From NCBI GenBank assembly GCA_943789275.1, contig CALSTM010000003.1:240001-272000 (forward strand): a stretch of 32,000 nt of DNA, written 5' to 3'. The position numbers were made by a program, and so were the translations under genes. The stretch comes from Candidatus Poseidoniaceae archaeon. GTDB lineage: Archaea; Thermoplasmatota; Poseidoniia; Poseidoniales; Poseidoniaceae. How positions within the stretch are numbered: the first letter of the stretch is position 1; every line of letters begins with the position of its first letter. The notes below the pieces were generated by a model. It was not told where the DNA came from. It made no database searches and worked only from the letters and a program-made list of their open reading frames with translations. Shown one piece after another: positions 8,501 to 16,310 of this stretch.

Positions 8501-9005
8501 AGTTCCATGCGCCGGTGATGTTGACGTCTTCTCCACTGACTCCGCTGGTTTGGCCGGTGTTTTGGAGGTGCCACTGATCTGGGAACTTTGGGTCGTTTGG
8601 AACCCATCGTGGTAGCATTTGATTTTCGACCAGGGGATAAGCCGCTTCAATTTCGCCACGCAAGATTTGTTGTTCAAGTATTTCAGGGGCCTCAAGCGGA
8701 TTGATATCGACAATCCATGCACCTTCTAATTCACCTGCGGGTTGGCCTTGTTCAGTATGAGAAATGACAATCCATTGATTGGCCGAGTTCAGTTCTTGGA
8801 CTGAATAGGAACTCAAGTCGCTTTTTTGCAACAATGCAGCCTTTATCGCTGGGGAGTAGCCGTCAATGAGGCCTTCAGAAGGGGCGGTTTCCATATCCAC
8901 TTCATTTGGCGCTTCAAAGGCTGAGACCATTGGGGAAAGCGATGCGGCAATTAACACGAGGAGAAGTGCCGCTGCGCGCATAACACACTCTCGGGATGAG
9001 TCCAT
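5580..9005 (-). CDS. Secreted, C-terminally membrane-anchored subtilisin-family protease of the kexin/furin (S8B, proprotein convertase) type, with a P-domain, TSP3-like repeats and Cys-rich repeat modules
   Basis: ORF 5580..9062; the likely start is the ATG at 9005, 7 nt after the upstream stop ([29 protein letters not shown], a signal peptide). The catalytic triad is in furin-like context: [12 protein letters not shown] (Asp, 8463-8465), HGTASAG (His, 8352-8354) and [33 protein letters not shown] (Ser, 7815-7817), plus [10 protein letters not shown]. P-domain: [29 protein letters not shown]...[24 protein letters not shown]. A TM ([18 protein letters not shown]) and a Pro/Gln-rich tail follow. 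Confidence 0.9.
   Translation of the reverse strand: [1141 protein letters not shown]
6228..7214 (-). repeat. Intragenic protein-repeat region of the protease
   Basis: Numbering is from the track ORF start. Residues 617-715 carry DxDxDGxxDxxE-type thrombospondin type-3-like Ca-binding repeats. Residues 716-945 (6228..6917) carry three ~92-aa modules. Each module opens D(S/N)DG(Y/F)YWF.DC(N/D)D....I.P.A.E..N.(I/L)DD(N/D)CDG..DE, a Cys-rich motif, and continues with more TSP3-like repeats. Confidence 0.8.
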
Positions 9006-9012
9006 ATTATCA

Positions 9013-9714
9013 CTATCTCCCTTGGAGGTCAACTTGACCAGAAAGCCGAACTGCGAGTTCAATGTGTTCTTCCTGTTCGAATTTGAGGGAGCGAATGTAT
9101 CTGGGTATGGTATGTTCTGAATGCAGTAAATCGTTCATCGAGCCAACCCATTCCAAAGCTTGGGTTGGTACTGGGAGGGATGCGGTATCCGATGAATGGA
9201 CGCTCCATTCTGAACACCCATCGCCGTTCTCCGAAGCAATTTGAAGACACCATTTCTGTGGAAGAATGGATTGCTCACATGAAAGGTTGTGGCGCTCAGT
9301 GTAGCGGACGATGCAGTCGTTTTCGACATAATCCACCTCCATACTTTCGAGGGCCTCTTTGGCCGCATCGTCTTCGGCTCCTATTTGGAACCAAATGAGC
9401 GGGAAATTTTCTTTCTCGATTCGCATAATGAGGTTACGCACCACTGCACGGGCTCTTTCAGGAGCAAGGAACAAGACAACGATTTCGGGGAGAACGCCTT
9501 GGTCAAGTGCTGGCCGGATTGGAAAACCATCAATGGTTGCGCCACCGTCTCTGGGATGTATTGGTGCAGGAGCCCATCCACGATTCTTCAATTCTCCAAC
9601 CGCGGTGTGGGCAGGCCGCTCAGGGTTGAGTCCTGCCCCGTAGATATGAATCCGTTTCGAAGCGGTAAGAATCGGCGTTAAACGGCGAATCCCTTCTTCG
9701 TTTTGCGAGTTCAT
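9013..9714 (-). CDS. CoA-binding domain protein (YccU/CoA_binding_2-like) with an uncharacterised C-terminal half
   Basis: 233-aa ORF. KRIHIYGAGLNPERPAHTAVGELKNRGWAPAPIHPRDGGATIDGFPIRPAL...PEIVVLFLAPERARAVVRNL...LIWFQIGAED fits the Rossmann-like CoA-binding fold pattern. The last ~90 aa are unassigned. Confidence 0.55.
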   Translation of the reverse strand: MNSQNEEGIRRLTPILTASKRIHIYGAGLNPERPAHTAVGELKNRGWAPAPIHPRDGGATIDGFPIRPALDQGVLPEIVVLFLAPERARAVVRNLIMRIEKENFPLIWFQIGAEDDAAKEALESMEVDYVENDCIVRYTERHNLSCEQSILPQKWCLQIASENGDGCSEWSVHSSDTASLPVPTQALEWVGSMNDLLHSEHTIPRYIRSLKFEQEEHIELAVRLSGQVDLQGR

Positions 9715-9779
9715 GTCGTGTTTTCAACCGACTCACTTAAGAAAACTTGTTCAACAGTGAGGTAAGATTCCTCATCTGT

Positions 9780-10757
9780 ATGTTTCAAGACATCAAACCT
9801 CTACGGCGTTTCATGTCCGACTCAAAACGACCCCCGCACGACCGTGGGCATGAATTGTGGACGGCTGAAGGAGGTCCATCACGGCTGCTTCTTGGAAGCA
9901 TAGACCGATGGGTTGGAGCACTGCTCGCTGACGATGGAATCTCCATGCCGTTTATGGGCGGTTCGCAATCGACATCAGCCATCATTCGAGCTCGCTCAGA
10001 TGGTATCGTAGTTGGAACTTCAGCCGTCGACCATATGCTTCAGATTTGGGCTCCATCGCTCAAGATTTCATGGATGGCCGGTGACGGCAAAAAAGTATCA
10101 AACGGTGATGAAATCGCTTCTCTGTCTGGCGATAAGGACACACTTTTGGCAATGGAACGCAGCATTCTCAACCTTTTGGGTCAGCTTTCCGGTATTGCCA
10201 CCGAAGCAAAACGTTGGTCAGCACGCGCTCCAGGACAGATTGCTTGCACTCGCAAGACGGTTTGGGGCCTGTTGGACAAATGGGCCGTCCACCTCGGAGG
10301 CGGTCTTACTCACCGACTGCATCGCAACGATGCTACGATGCTGAAAGAGAACGACCTTGCTACAATGTATGAAGAACACGATACGCATGCAAACCGTATC
10401 GTTGCATACATCCAAGAATTCACCGGAGAGGACTGCGGGGCTTTTCTTGAGATTGAAGTTCGAGAAGACAAGGAAGCAATCATGGCGGCAGCGGCATGGT
10501 CGCAACGCGAGGATACCGGAACTCTGCCGCAGTTGGTTGTAATGTTGGACAACTTCGGTCCAGAGCGCAGCAAAGACATCGTTTCACAACTCAAAGAAAT
10601 GGGATTAAGAGATAAAATCTGGCTTGAAGCAAGCGGTGGAATCGTGTTCGAACAACTCGAGGAGTGGCACGAAAGCGGCATCGATGTGCTGTCAACCAGT
10701 GCAGTGAACAGAGGCGTCTCCCCTCTTGACCTCTCCATGATTGCTGACGGCGCTTGA
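9780..10757 (+). CDS. nadC: Nicotinate-nucleotide pyrophosphorylase (quinolinate phosphoribosyltransferase)
   Basis: ORF 9747..10757 with a TTG start; ATG options are 9780 and 9813. ERSILNLLGQLSGIATEAKRW, ACTRKTVWGLLDKWAVHLGGGLTHRLHRNDATMLKENDL, VVMLDNF and LEASGGI match NadC conserved blocks. Confidence 0.85.
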   Translation: MFQDIKPLRRFMSDSKRPPHDRGHELWTAEGGPSRLLLGSIDRWVGALLADDGISMPFMGGSQSTSAIIRARSDGIVVGTSAVDHMLQIWAPSLKISWMAGDGKKVSNGDEIASLSGDKDTLLAMERSILNLLGQLSGIATEAKRWSARAPGQIACTRKTVWGLLDKWAVHLGGGLTHRLHRNDATMLKENDLATMYEEHDTHANRIVAYIQEFTGEDCGAFLEIEVREDKEAIMAAAAWSQREDTGTLPQLVVMLDNFGPERSKDIVSQLKEMGLRDKIWLEASGGIVFEQLEEWHESGIDVLSTSAVNRGVSPLDLSMIADGA

Positions 10758-10766
10758 GGCGATACA

Positions 10767-11519
10767 ATGGTCGAAATCGCCGCTGATCCAACCCATCCGA
10801 GGTACCAGTCTTTGTTGATGCGCCATCGACTTGAAGAGGCCGAAAAAAAAGGAATGTTGGCAGGAAGTGCACTCATTGCACACGGCCGTGGTGAAGCGTA
10901 TGATTACCTGTTAGGAGAACAATCGATACCGAGTGCGAAGGCAGCAACAAAGCAAGCATTGGCTCACCTTCTCAGCGCTCATCACCCGGTCATTAGCCTC
11001 AATGGAAACGCAGTTGCGCTTGCCGGCAAGGAACTGCTTCATCTTGCGGACCGATTGGGATGCCCGGTGGAAATCAACATTTTCTATCGAACTCCAGAGC
11101 GTATGGAAGCGCTCATCGGTCATTTGACGCAACTCAAAACAGAACATTCCCTCGATGTCGAAATTTTGGGGGCCAAGCCCGATGCTCGTATCCCCGGGCT
11201 TGAAGGTCCTCGGGCGAATTGCGTTAAACGAGGAATTTTTGACTCGGATGTTCTTCTGGTGCCTCTTGAAGACGGCGACCGATGTGAAGCGTTGATGGCC
11301 ATGGGGAAAACGGTACTGGTGATCGACCTCAATCCACTTTCGCGTACGGCTCAAATGGCTTCAGTTACAATGGTCGACGAACTTTCCCGTGTCGTTGAGA
11401 ACATGAACTGTATTCTCCTCTCCGAGGAACGACCAGAAGTTTCGAAAGAATACCTGAACGAGGTTTCGATTCAGGATGCGTTAAACCACATTAAGGATTT
11501 CTTGACGAAAACGGATTGA
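10767..11519 (+). CDS. Archaeal-type 4-phosphopantoate--beta-alanine ligase (phosphopantothenate synthetase, COG1701/DUF137 family)
   Basis: 250-aa ORF. HPRYQSLLMRHRL...ALIAHGRGEAYDYLLGE...ISLNGNAVAL...VLLVPLEDGDR...VIDLNPLSRT resembles the archaeal PPS family as I recall it. Confidence 0.65.
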   Translation: MVEIAADPTHPRYQSLLMRHRLEEAEKKGMLAGSALIAHGRGEAYDYLLGEQSIPSAKAATKQALAHLLSAHHPVISLNGNAVALAGKELLHLADRLGCPVEINIFYRTPERMEALIGHLTQLKTEHSLDVEILGAKPDARIPGLEGPRANCVKRGIFDSDVLLVPLEDGDRCEALMAMGKTVLVIDLNPLSRTAQMASVTMVDELSRVVENMNCILLSEERPEVSKEYLNEVSIQDALNHIKDFLTKTD

Positions 11520-11541
11520 AGCGTTTCGCTTCGTTTTCTGT

Positions 11542-12726
11542 TCAGAAGCGCTCTTGCAATTTTGTCGAAAGGCGAGAGGCGATGCTCTGTCCTACGCCAG
11601 AGCACGAAGCATCTCCGCCAAGGTCGTAAGTGAGTCCTTTTCCATCACGCAAGTGGTCTGCCACACTTTCATCGATGAGGCCACCGATTTGAATCAGTTC
11701 ATCGTCGTTGTTTTTGCGACCGAGCCAATCCATCATGAGTTGAATAGAGTTGATACTTGCAATAGGATTGACCTTGTTCATGCCCGCATATTTTGGGGCT
11801 GAGCCGTGTACAGGCTCAAAGAATGCATTCGTGTCGCCAATGTTTCCAGAGGCAGCCATGCCCATTCCACCTTGAAGCACAGCACCAAGGTCGGTTGCAA
11901 TATCGCCGAACATGTTTGATGTAACGACGACATCGTAACTTTCTGGGCTTCGAGTGAGCCACTGAGTGAATGCGTCAATGAATCCGTAATCGAGTTCAGT
12001 GCCCGGGTAGTTCTGTGCGACTTTCTCAAACGTCCGTCGGAACAACTGGCAACCTCGTGTGACGTTGGATTTGTCGATGCATGAAACTCGCTTCTTGCCA
12101 TCGACTGGAGCACCGTTTCGTGTTTCAGCAATTTCGAAACCCATTCGAATCAATCGCTCACTGCCGTGCTCTGAAATCGGTCTTGGGTCGTAGGCGATTT
12201 CTCCTTTCAGCCCAGGGAATGTCATTTCTGGTGGCTCATACGGAGTGCGGCCCATGGCCCGGTCGGCACTTCGACGAAGCAAGGAATGGTACAGGCCTTC
12301 AGTATTCTCTCGAAGGATTGTCATGTCAACCATGCCAGGTTGCCAAATTTGGGTGAACTTACCGTGAACTTTGTGCGGAACGCCCTCATAGAGTTTGATC
12401 GGTCGAAGGTTCGCATACAAATCCAATCCACTGCGTAGGCCAAGAATGACCGAGCCTCCAGCGAGGTCGCCGTTTGGAAGGTATGCTCCGGGGTGTCCTA
12501 TTGCGCCGAGGTAGAGTGCATCCGCCTCTTCGCGGCAGAAGTCAAAGGAACCTTCTGCCCATTCGTGGCCAGTTTCAACGTAATGTTGTCCACCGCATGG
12601 AATCACCGTTTGTTCGAATCCTTGGTTGGTATGCTGTTCAATGGTGTTGAGAATGCGTTGTGCTTCAATCGCAACTTCTCGCCCCGTTCCATCGCCCGGT
12701 AAAATGCCAATTCGATAGTCAGCCAT
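11542..12726 (-). CDS. Isocitrate/isopropylmalate dehydrogenase-family beta-decarboxylating dehydrogenase (3-isopropylmalate / tartrate dehydrogenase-like)
   Basis: ORF 11542..12744; the likely start is the ATG at 12726 (MADYRIGILPGDGTGREV). LRPIKLY, ILRENTEGLY, IDKSNV, NMFGDIATDLGAVLQGGMGMAASGNIG and HGSAPKYAG are family signatures. Substrate cannot be decided by eye. Confidence 0.8.
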   Translation of the reverse strand: MADYRIGILPGDGTGREVAIEAQRILNTIEQHTNQGFEQTVIPCGGQHYVETGHEWAEGSFDFCREEADALYLGAIGHPGAYLPNGDLAGGSVILGLRSGLDLYANLRPIKLYEGVPHKVHGKFTQIWQPGMVDMTILRENTEGLYHSLLRRSADRAMGRTPYEPPEMTFPGLKGEIAYDPRPISEHGSERLIRMGFEIAETRNGAPVDGKKRVSCIDKSNVTRGCQLFRRTFEKVAQNYPGTELDYGFIDAFTQWLTRSPESYDVVVTSNMFGDIATDLGAVLQGGMGMAASGNIGDTNAFFEPVHGSAPKYAGMNKVNPIASINSIQLMMDWLGRKNNDDELIQIGGLIDESVADHLRDGKGLTYDLGGDASCSGVGQSIASRLSTKLQERF

Positions 12727-12797
12727 GTTTTTTCGCACGAGCAACCCCTACATGAATGCGCCCCCCGTTGAGCAATGATTTTCAGTTTCAATGGGAT

Positions 12798-12808
12798 TCT
12801 ATTTTTAG
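12798..12808. promoter_or_regulatory. A/T-rich TATA-like element (tctatttttag) in a divergent intergenic region
   Basis: This is the only A/T-rich block between the dehydrogenase start (12726, minus) and the next plus-strand gene. It lies ~25 nt upstream of the GTG at 12832, the start of the longest form of that ORF. Confidence 0.25.
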
Positions 12809-12951
12809 CGGTTGGTCCTCGTTAGAGGCCGGTGACCAGTGGAGTGGTTGAGGGTGGAGGAATTGCTCGAAGTGCAGTTGTTCTTCAGTGGAACTGCAGG
12901 TCTTCTTCAGAAGAGAGTATTCATAGGCTGTCATTGAGGAGAGTAGGTAAC

Positions 12952-13599
12952 ATGAGCGACAAACAACACAAGGTTTCTGAAGACCGAATCGCTGTCGAAC
13001 TCATGCCTGAAGAAGTGCAGCGGTTGACAGAAATCATGCGCGGAGTCAACCCCGAATGGCGATTAGAAGAGTGGTTGTCAGAACAAGCATCAACGATGCT
13101 GGAACTCATCCAAGCCGACCTTCATCGAGAACGAATGGTCATCGAACAACGACTGCATCGACTGCAGGCAATTCAAGGTCGCTTTAACGACAGTGAAGAC
13201 TCGGACACGGACCCGAATCAGAGAAACATCTTCGATTGCTTTGACCTCAAAGTTGATTCAAGTCTCAAAGGCTTGGGAGAACGAACTGCCGTGAGTGAAG
13301 ACACGCATCAGAATCCATCGACTGCGGATGAGGTGATGCACCCTGCCAACAATTTCATTGAGCTGTTGCCCGGTGATGAGAGCGACGATCCGCTGCTTGC
13401 GGTTGTGTGCCAAATGCTTCTCATTCATGTGGAGTCCGAAATCGCCAAAGGTCTTCCATGCGCAACGCTTGAAACCATATTCAAAGATTTGAATTCAAAC
13501 GGAATCAGTCCTGAAGAAATTGACGAAGCATTAGATTACTCGCTGATGAACGGCACCCTTATCGAAATCGATGACGATTGTTTCGTGCCCCTGCACTAA
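12952..13599 (+). CDS. Hypothetical acidic soluble protein
   Basis: ORF 12832..13599 with a GTG start; the first ATG is at 12952 (MSDKQHKVSED...). Helical N-terminal part, acidic linker, compact C-terminal ~70 aa. No family recognised. Confidence 0.5.
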   Translation: MSDKQHKVSEDRIAVELMPEEVQRLTEIMRGVNPEWRLEEWLSEQASTMLELIQADLHRERMVIEQRLHRLQAIQGRFNDSEDSDTDPNQRNIFDCFDLKVDSSLKGLGERTAVSEDTHQNPSTADEVMHPANNFIELLPGDESDDPLLAVVCQMLLIHVESEIAKGLPCATLETIFKDLNSNGISPEEIDEALDYSLMNGTLIEIDDDCFVPLH

Positions 13600-13637
13600 T
13601 CGGTATATTGACACATTAACGCCGCTTGCCCAACATC

Positions 13638-13952
13638 ATGGCGACAAAGAAAGAAGGCGCACAGCGACTTCTCGACACGCTGGAATCCAAAAGAAAACTC
13701 CGCTCTCGTCTCGCTTTTTCGGCGGGTCAAGGGGTTGTCGTAAGTGGGCTGGTATGGTATTTCACCGGACAATGGCAATTTGCTGTAGCATCCGTTTTCG
13801 TCATTGGACTGCTTGTACAATTTGCATTTGAACGGATGTCAAACAGCATTGAAGCAAGTCGATTACAAGCTCTTTCTGACCTCGGATGGAAAGAGGATTC
13901 CCTCAGTGAGGAAGAGTACCGTACGCGAATTGAAAAAACACTCAACGGCTAG
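13638..13952 (+). CDS. Small two-TM membrane protein with a SHOCT-like C-terminus
   Basis: ORF 13626..13952 with a TTG start; ATG at 13638. Two hydrophobic helices are followed by LQALSDLGWKEDSLSEEEYRTRIEKTL, which resembles the SHOCT short C-terminal motif. Confidence 0.45.
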   Translation: MATKKEGAQRLLDTLESKRKLRSRLAFSAGQGVVVSGLVWYFTGQWQFAVASVFVIGLLVQFAFERMSNSIEASRLQALSDLGWKEDSLSEEEYRTRIEKTLNG

Positions 13953-13960
13953 GGATTTCA

Positions 13961-14659
13961 ATGGAAAACCCTGGCGATTATTTCCTTCGACATTATTTTG
14001 CTGAAGAGAAACAACAGCGCCGACATCGCCTGTTCATTCGCTTACTCGCAGCAGTTCTGCTGATGTTTGGCCTTGCTACAATGTCGATGTTTTCTTCTTC
14101 GCCAGTGCTTGCGACAATCTACGCTTTTGTGTTGATCTCAATCGTCGTTATCATTCGCCAGCGTTCACTCGGCAGAGCCAATGAACGTGAGGAGGCACTG
14201 TTCAATTTACTTGAAGTCGACCCGTCGATTTTTGAACATCCATCTCGCTTAGAATTGGCCTTAGATGCCGCTCAATCGGGTACATTCGAAACACTTCAAG
14301 TCTCGAAAACTCAACGAAGAAACCGTGGCTCGGATGAAAAAGGCTTCACTTCGGGCAAGACAGCATCGCCCCTTGATTCCGCTTTGCAACGCCGAGACGC
14401 GTCGCTTTCAGACGCTCATTATGAAGGCCTCGAGGATGATTTGCGTCCGTCTGAACTTTTGGTATCTGAAGCGAATGTTCGATACGATACGATTGCCCAA
14501 CAACGTTGGAAAGATTCGGAATCAATGGACCAAGACCTCATTGAAGCGGGCGTTGAACGGTTGGGAGATTTGGTTCGAACGGACTGGTTTGAGAAAAACG
14601 CCAAGGATGGCGCTGTGGAGTCCTTGATGGAATCCAAGAACGAGGACGAGTCGGCTTGA
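13961..14659 (+). CDS. Hypothetical membrane protein (two N-terminal TM helices, charged C-terminal domain)
   Basis: 232-aa ORF with an ATG start, 8 nt after the preceding stop. TM segments are LFIRLLAAVLLMFGLATMSMF and LATIYAFVLISIVVII. Confidence 0.5.
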   Translation: MENPGDYFLRHYFAEEKQQRRHRLFIRLLAAVLLMFGLATMSMFSSSPVLATIYAFVLISIVVIIRQRSLGRANEREEALFNLLEVDPSIFEHPSRLELALDAAQSGTFETLQVSKTQRRNRGSDEKGFTSGKTASPLDSALQRRDASLSDAHYEGLEDDLRPSELLVSEANVRYDTIAQQRWKDSESMDQDLIEAGVERLGDLVRTDWFEKNAKDGAVESLMESKNEDESA

Positions 14660-14695
14660 GGCAAGCCCAATAAGGACGACCTCCTCGCCTCTCCT

Positions 14696-15442
14696 ATGAT
14701 GACTACCGCTATTTTAGTAGCCGGCGGTCATGGAAGCCGACTGTACCCTTTTACGCGATACACGCAGAAAACGCTCTTGCCTTTGTACAACAGGCCAGTC
14801 ATTGATTTCGCCTTGGGGACCATTCGCAGGGCAGGAATCAAAGACATCACCATTATCTCGAACGAATTTATTGGCCAGATTGCTCAACATATTGGTGCCG
14901 GATTTGAAGGGGAAAAAATTCACTATGTGCTCGAAGAGGAACCTCGGGGCGTTGCTGCAGCCCTCAACCTCGCCCGTCCTTACAACGAGGATTGCCGCGT
15001 ACTGGTTTATTTCTCAGACAATATTACAACGCTTGAGTTGAAAGAGGAAGTCACTCGCTTTAACACATCAGAAGTGAGCCCAGGGTGCGTTCTTTTGGCT
15101 CGAGAAGAAGAGCACCCTGAGGCGTTCGGAGTTGCCGTAGTTGACGATGCCGGAACCATCACGGATATTGTTGAGAAGCCACAAAACCCTCCTTCGAACC
15201 TTGCCATCGGCGGGATTTACTTGTTCGATGAACACTTTTGGGAGTACTTGGATCATGCTGTTGAGGAACATGGAGTTTCTGTTTCGATTTCAGACATCAC
15301 TCGACAATACGTTCACCAAGGGAAAGCAAAATTACTTTCTGTAGGTCAAGAAACATGGGTTGATTGCGGTACGCCTGATTCCTTATTGCTTGCTTCTCAA
15401 ATGGTGAAAGACGGTAAACTAAATCCAAACCCCCACCGCTGA
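14696..15442 (+). CDS. Sugar-phosphate nucleotidyltransferase (glucose-1-phosphate thymidylyl/uridylyltransferase-like)
   Basis: The N-terminus AILVAGGHGSRLYPFTRYTQKTLLPLYNRPVIDF is the G-x-G-t-R-L signature of the NTP_transferase family. It continues EEPRGVAAAL ... GGIYLFD. Confidence 0.8.
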   Translation: MMTTAILVAGGHGSRLYPFTRYTQKTLLPLYNRPVIDFALGTIRRAGIKDITIISNEFIGQIAQHIGAGFEGEKIHYVLEEEPRGVAAALNLARPYNEDCRVLVYFSDNITTLELKEEVTRFNTSEVSPGCVLLAREEEHPEAFGVAVVDDAGTITDIVEKPQNPPSNLAIGGIYLFDEHFWEYLDHAVEEHGVSVSISDITRQYVHQGKAKLLSVGQETWVDCGTPDSLLLASQMVKDGKLNPNPHR

Positions 15443-16309
15443 ATGAACATTACAATCAAAGCCTACCGCCCCTGCCCTCAAACCATGAAGATAGGTATCA
15501 TTGGTGCGGGAATGGTTGGTGGAGCAATCGAACATTGCTTCTCCAATGCGCACGAACTCTTTGTTCACGACCCAGCCCGGGGCACAGAACTTTCCATCGT
15601 CACAGATCATGTGGATTTTGCCTACATTGCTGTACCAACACCACCTCACCCCGATACCGGTGCTTGCGATACGCGAATTGTTGAATCGACATTGGACGCA
15701 TTACCCGATGGCTTCACAGCGATTATCAAGAGCACCGTAGTCCCAGGGACAACGCAACGTTATCATGAGCGATACCCCCACCTTAAAATCGCTTTTTCAC
15801 CTGAATTTTTAGTGGAGCGCCGACGCCTTGAGGACTTTGCCAATCAAGACATCTTGGTTTGTGGAACCCACCATGCTGATGTTGCTGAACTGGTTTTTGA
15901 ACAACATCGGCAAGCCGGAGTGCTGCGAAGAGACCAAACCTTCCACGTCACTCCTACGCAAGCTGAACTTGTCAAATACACCAAGAACACGTTTTACGCC
16001 ATGAAGGTTACATTTGCCAACCAATTGTACGATATTTGTCAGGCAATGGGCGAGGATTGGTATACCATTCGAGATGTGATTACAGCCGAACAAGCCCAAC
16101 CAATTGGGCCGTCGCATTTGGACCCTATTTTTGGACTCTACCGCGGTTTTGGTGGCAAGTGTCTCCCGAAAGACTCCCTCGCTCTTGGTGTTCTTGCTGA
16201 GGAATTGGATTGCAAGTACGACTGGATGGATGCCTTACAGCGTGATAATGAACGCCTCCGCACAGTGCTGACTGGAAAACCCAGTGATGTCGTAACCAAC
16301 GACGATTAA
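15443..16309 (+). CDS. UDP-glucose/GDP-mannose dehydrogenase-family protein, short form lacking the C-terminal UDP-binding domain
   Basis: The ATG at 15443 abuts the previous stop; an alternative ATG at 15485 gives [14 protein letters not shown] (Rossmann). [18 protein letters not shown] and GGKCLPKD (catalytic Cys context) match the family. The ORF ends ~45 aa after the Cys. Confidence 0.7.
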   Translation: MNITIKAYRPCPQTMKIGIIGAGMVGGAIEHCFSNAHELFVHDPARGTELSIVTDHVDFAYIAVPTPPHPDTGACDTRIVESTLDALPDGFTAIIKSTVVPGTTQRYHERYPHLKIAFSPEFLVERRRLEDFANQDILVCGTHHADVAELVFEQHRQAGVLRRDQTFHVTPTQAELVKYTKNTFYAMKVTFANQLYDICQAMGEDWYTIRDVITAEQAQPIGPSHLDPIFGLYRGFGGKCLPKDSLALGVLAEELDCKYDWMDALQRDNERLRTVLTGKPSDVVTNDD

Positions 16310-16310
16310 C

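Noticed and set aside
5703-8722. Many 60-170-aa ORFs inside the protease gene (e.g. 6953..7468 -, 7613..7948 -, 6346..6618 +)
   Set aside because: They are alternative-frame or antisense shadows of a 1141-aa gene with unambiguous S8/P-domain homology. Repeat-rich, Asp-codon-rich DNA keeps other frames open.
12612-12621. GTTCGAATCC, the tRNA T-loop consensus, on the plus strand
   Set aside because: It lies inside the dehydrogenase CDS. The flanks (gtttg / ccttg) cannot form a T-stem, and there is no acceptor or anticodon arm.
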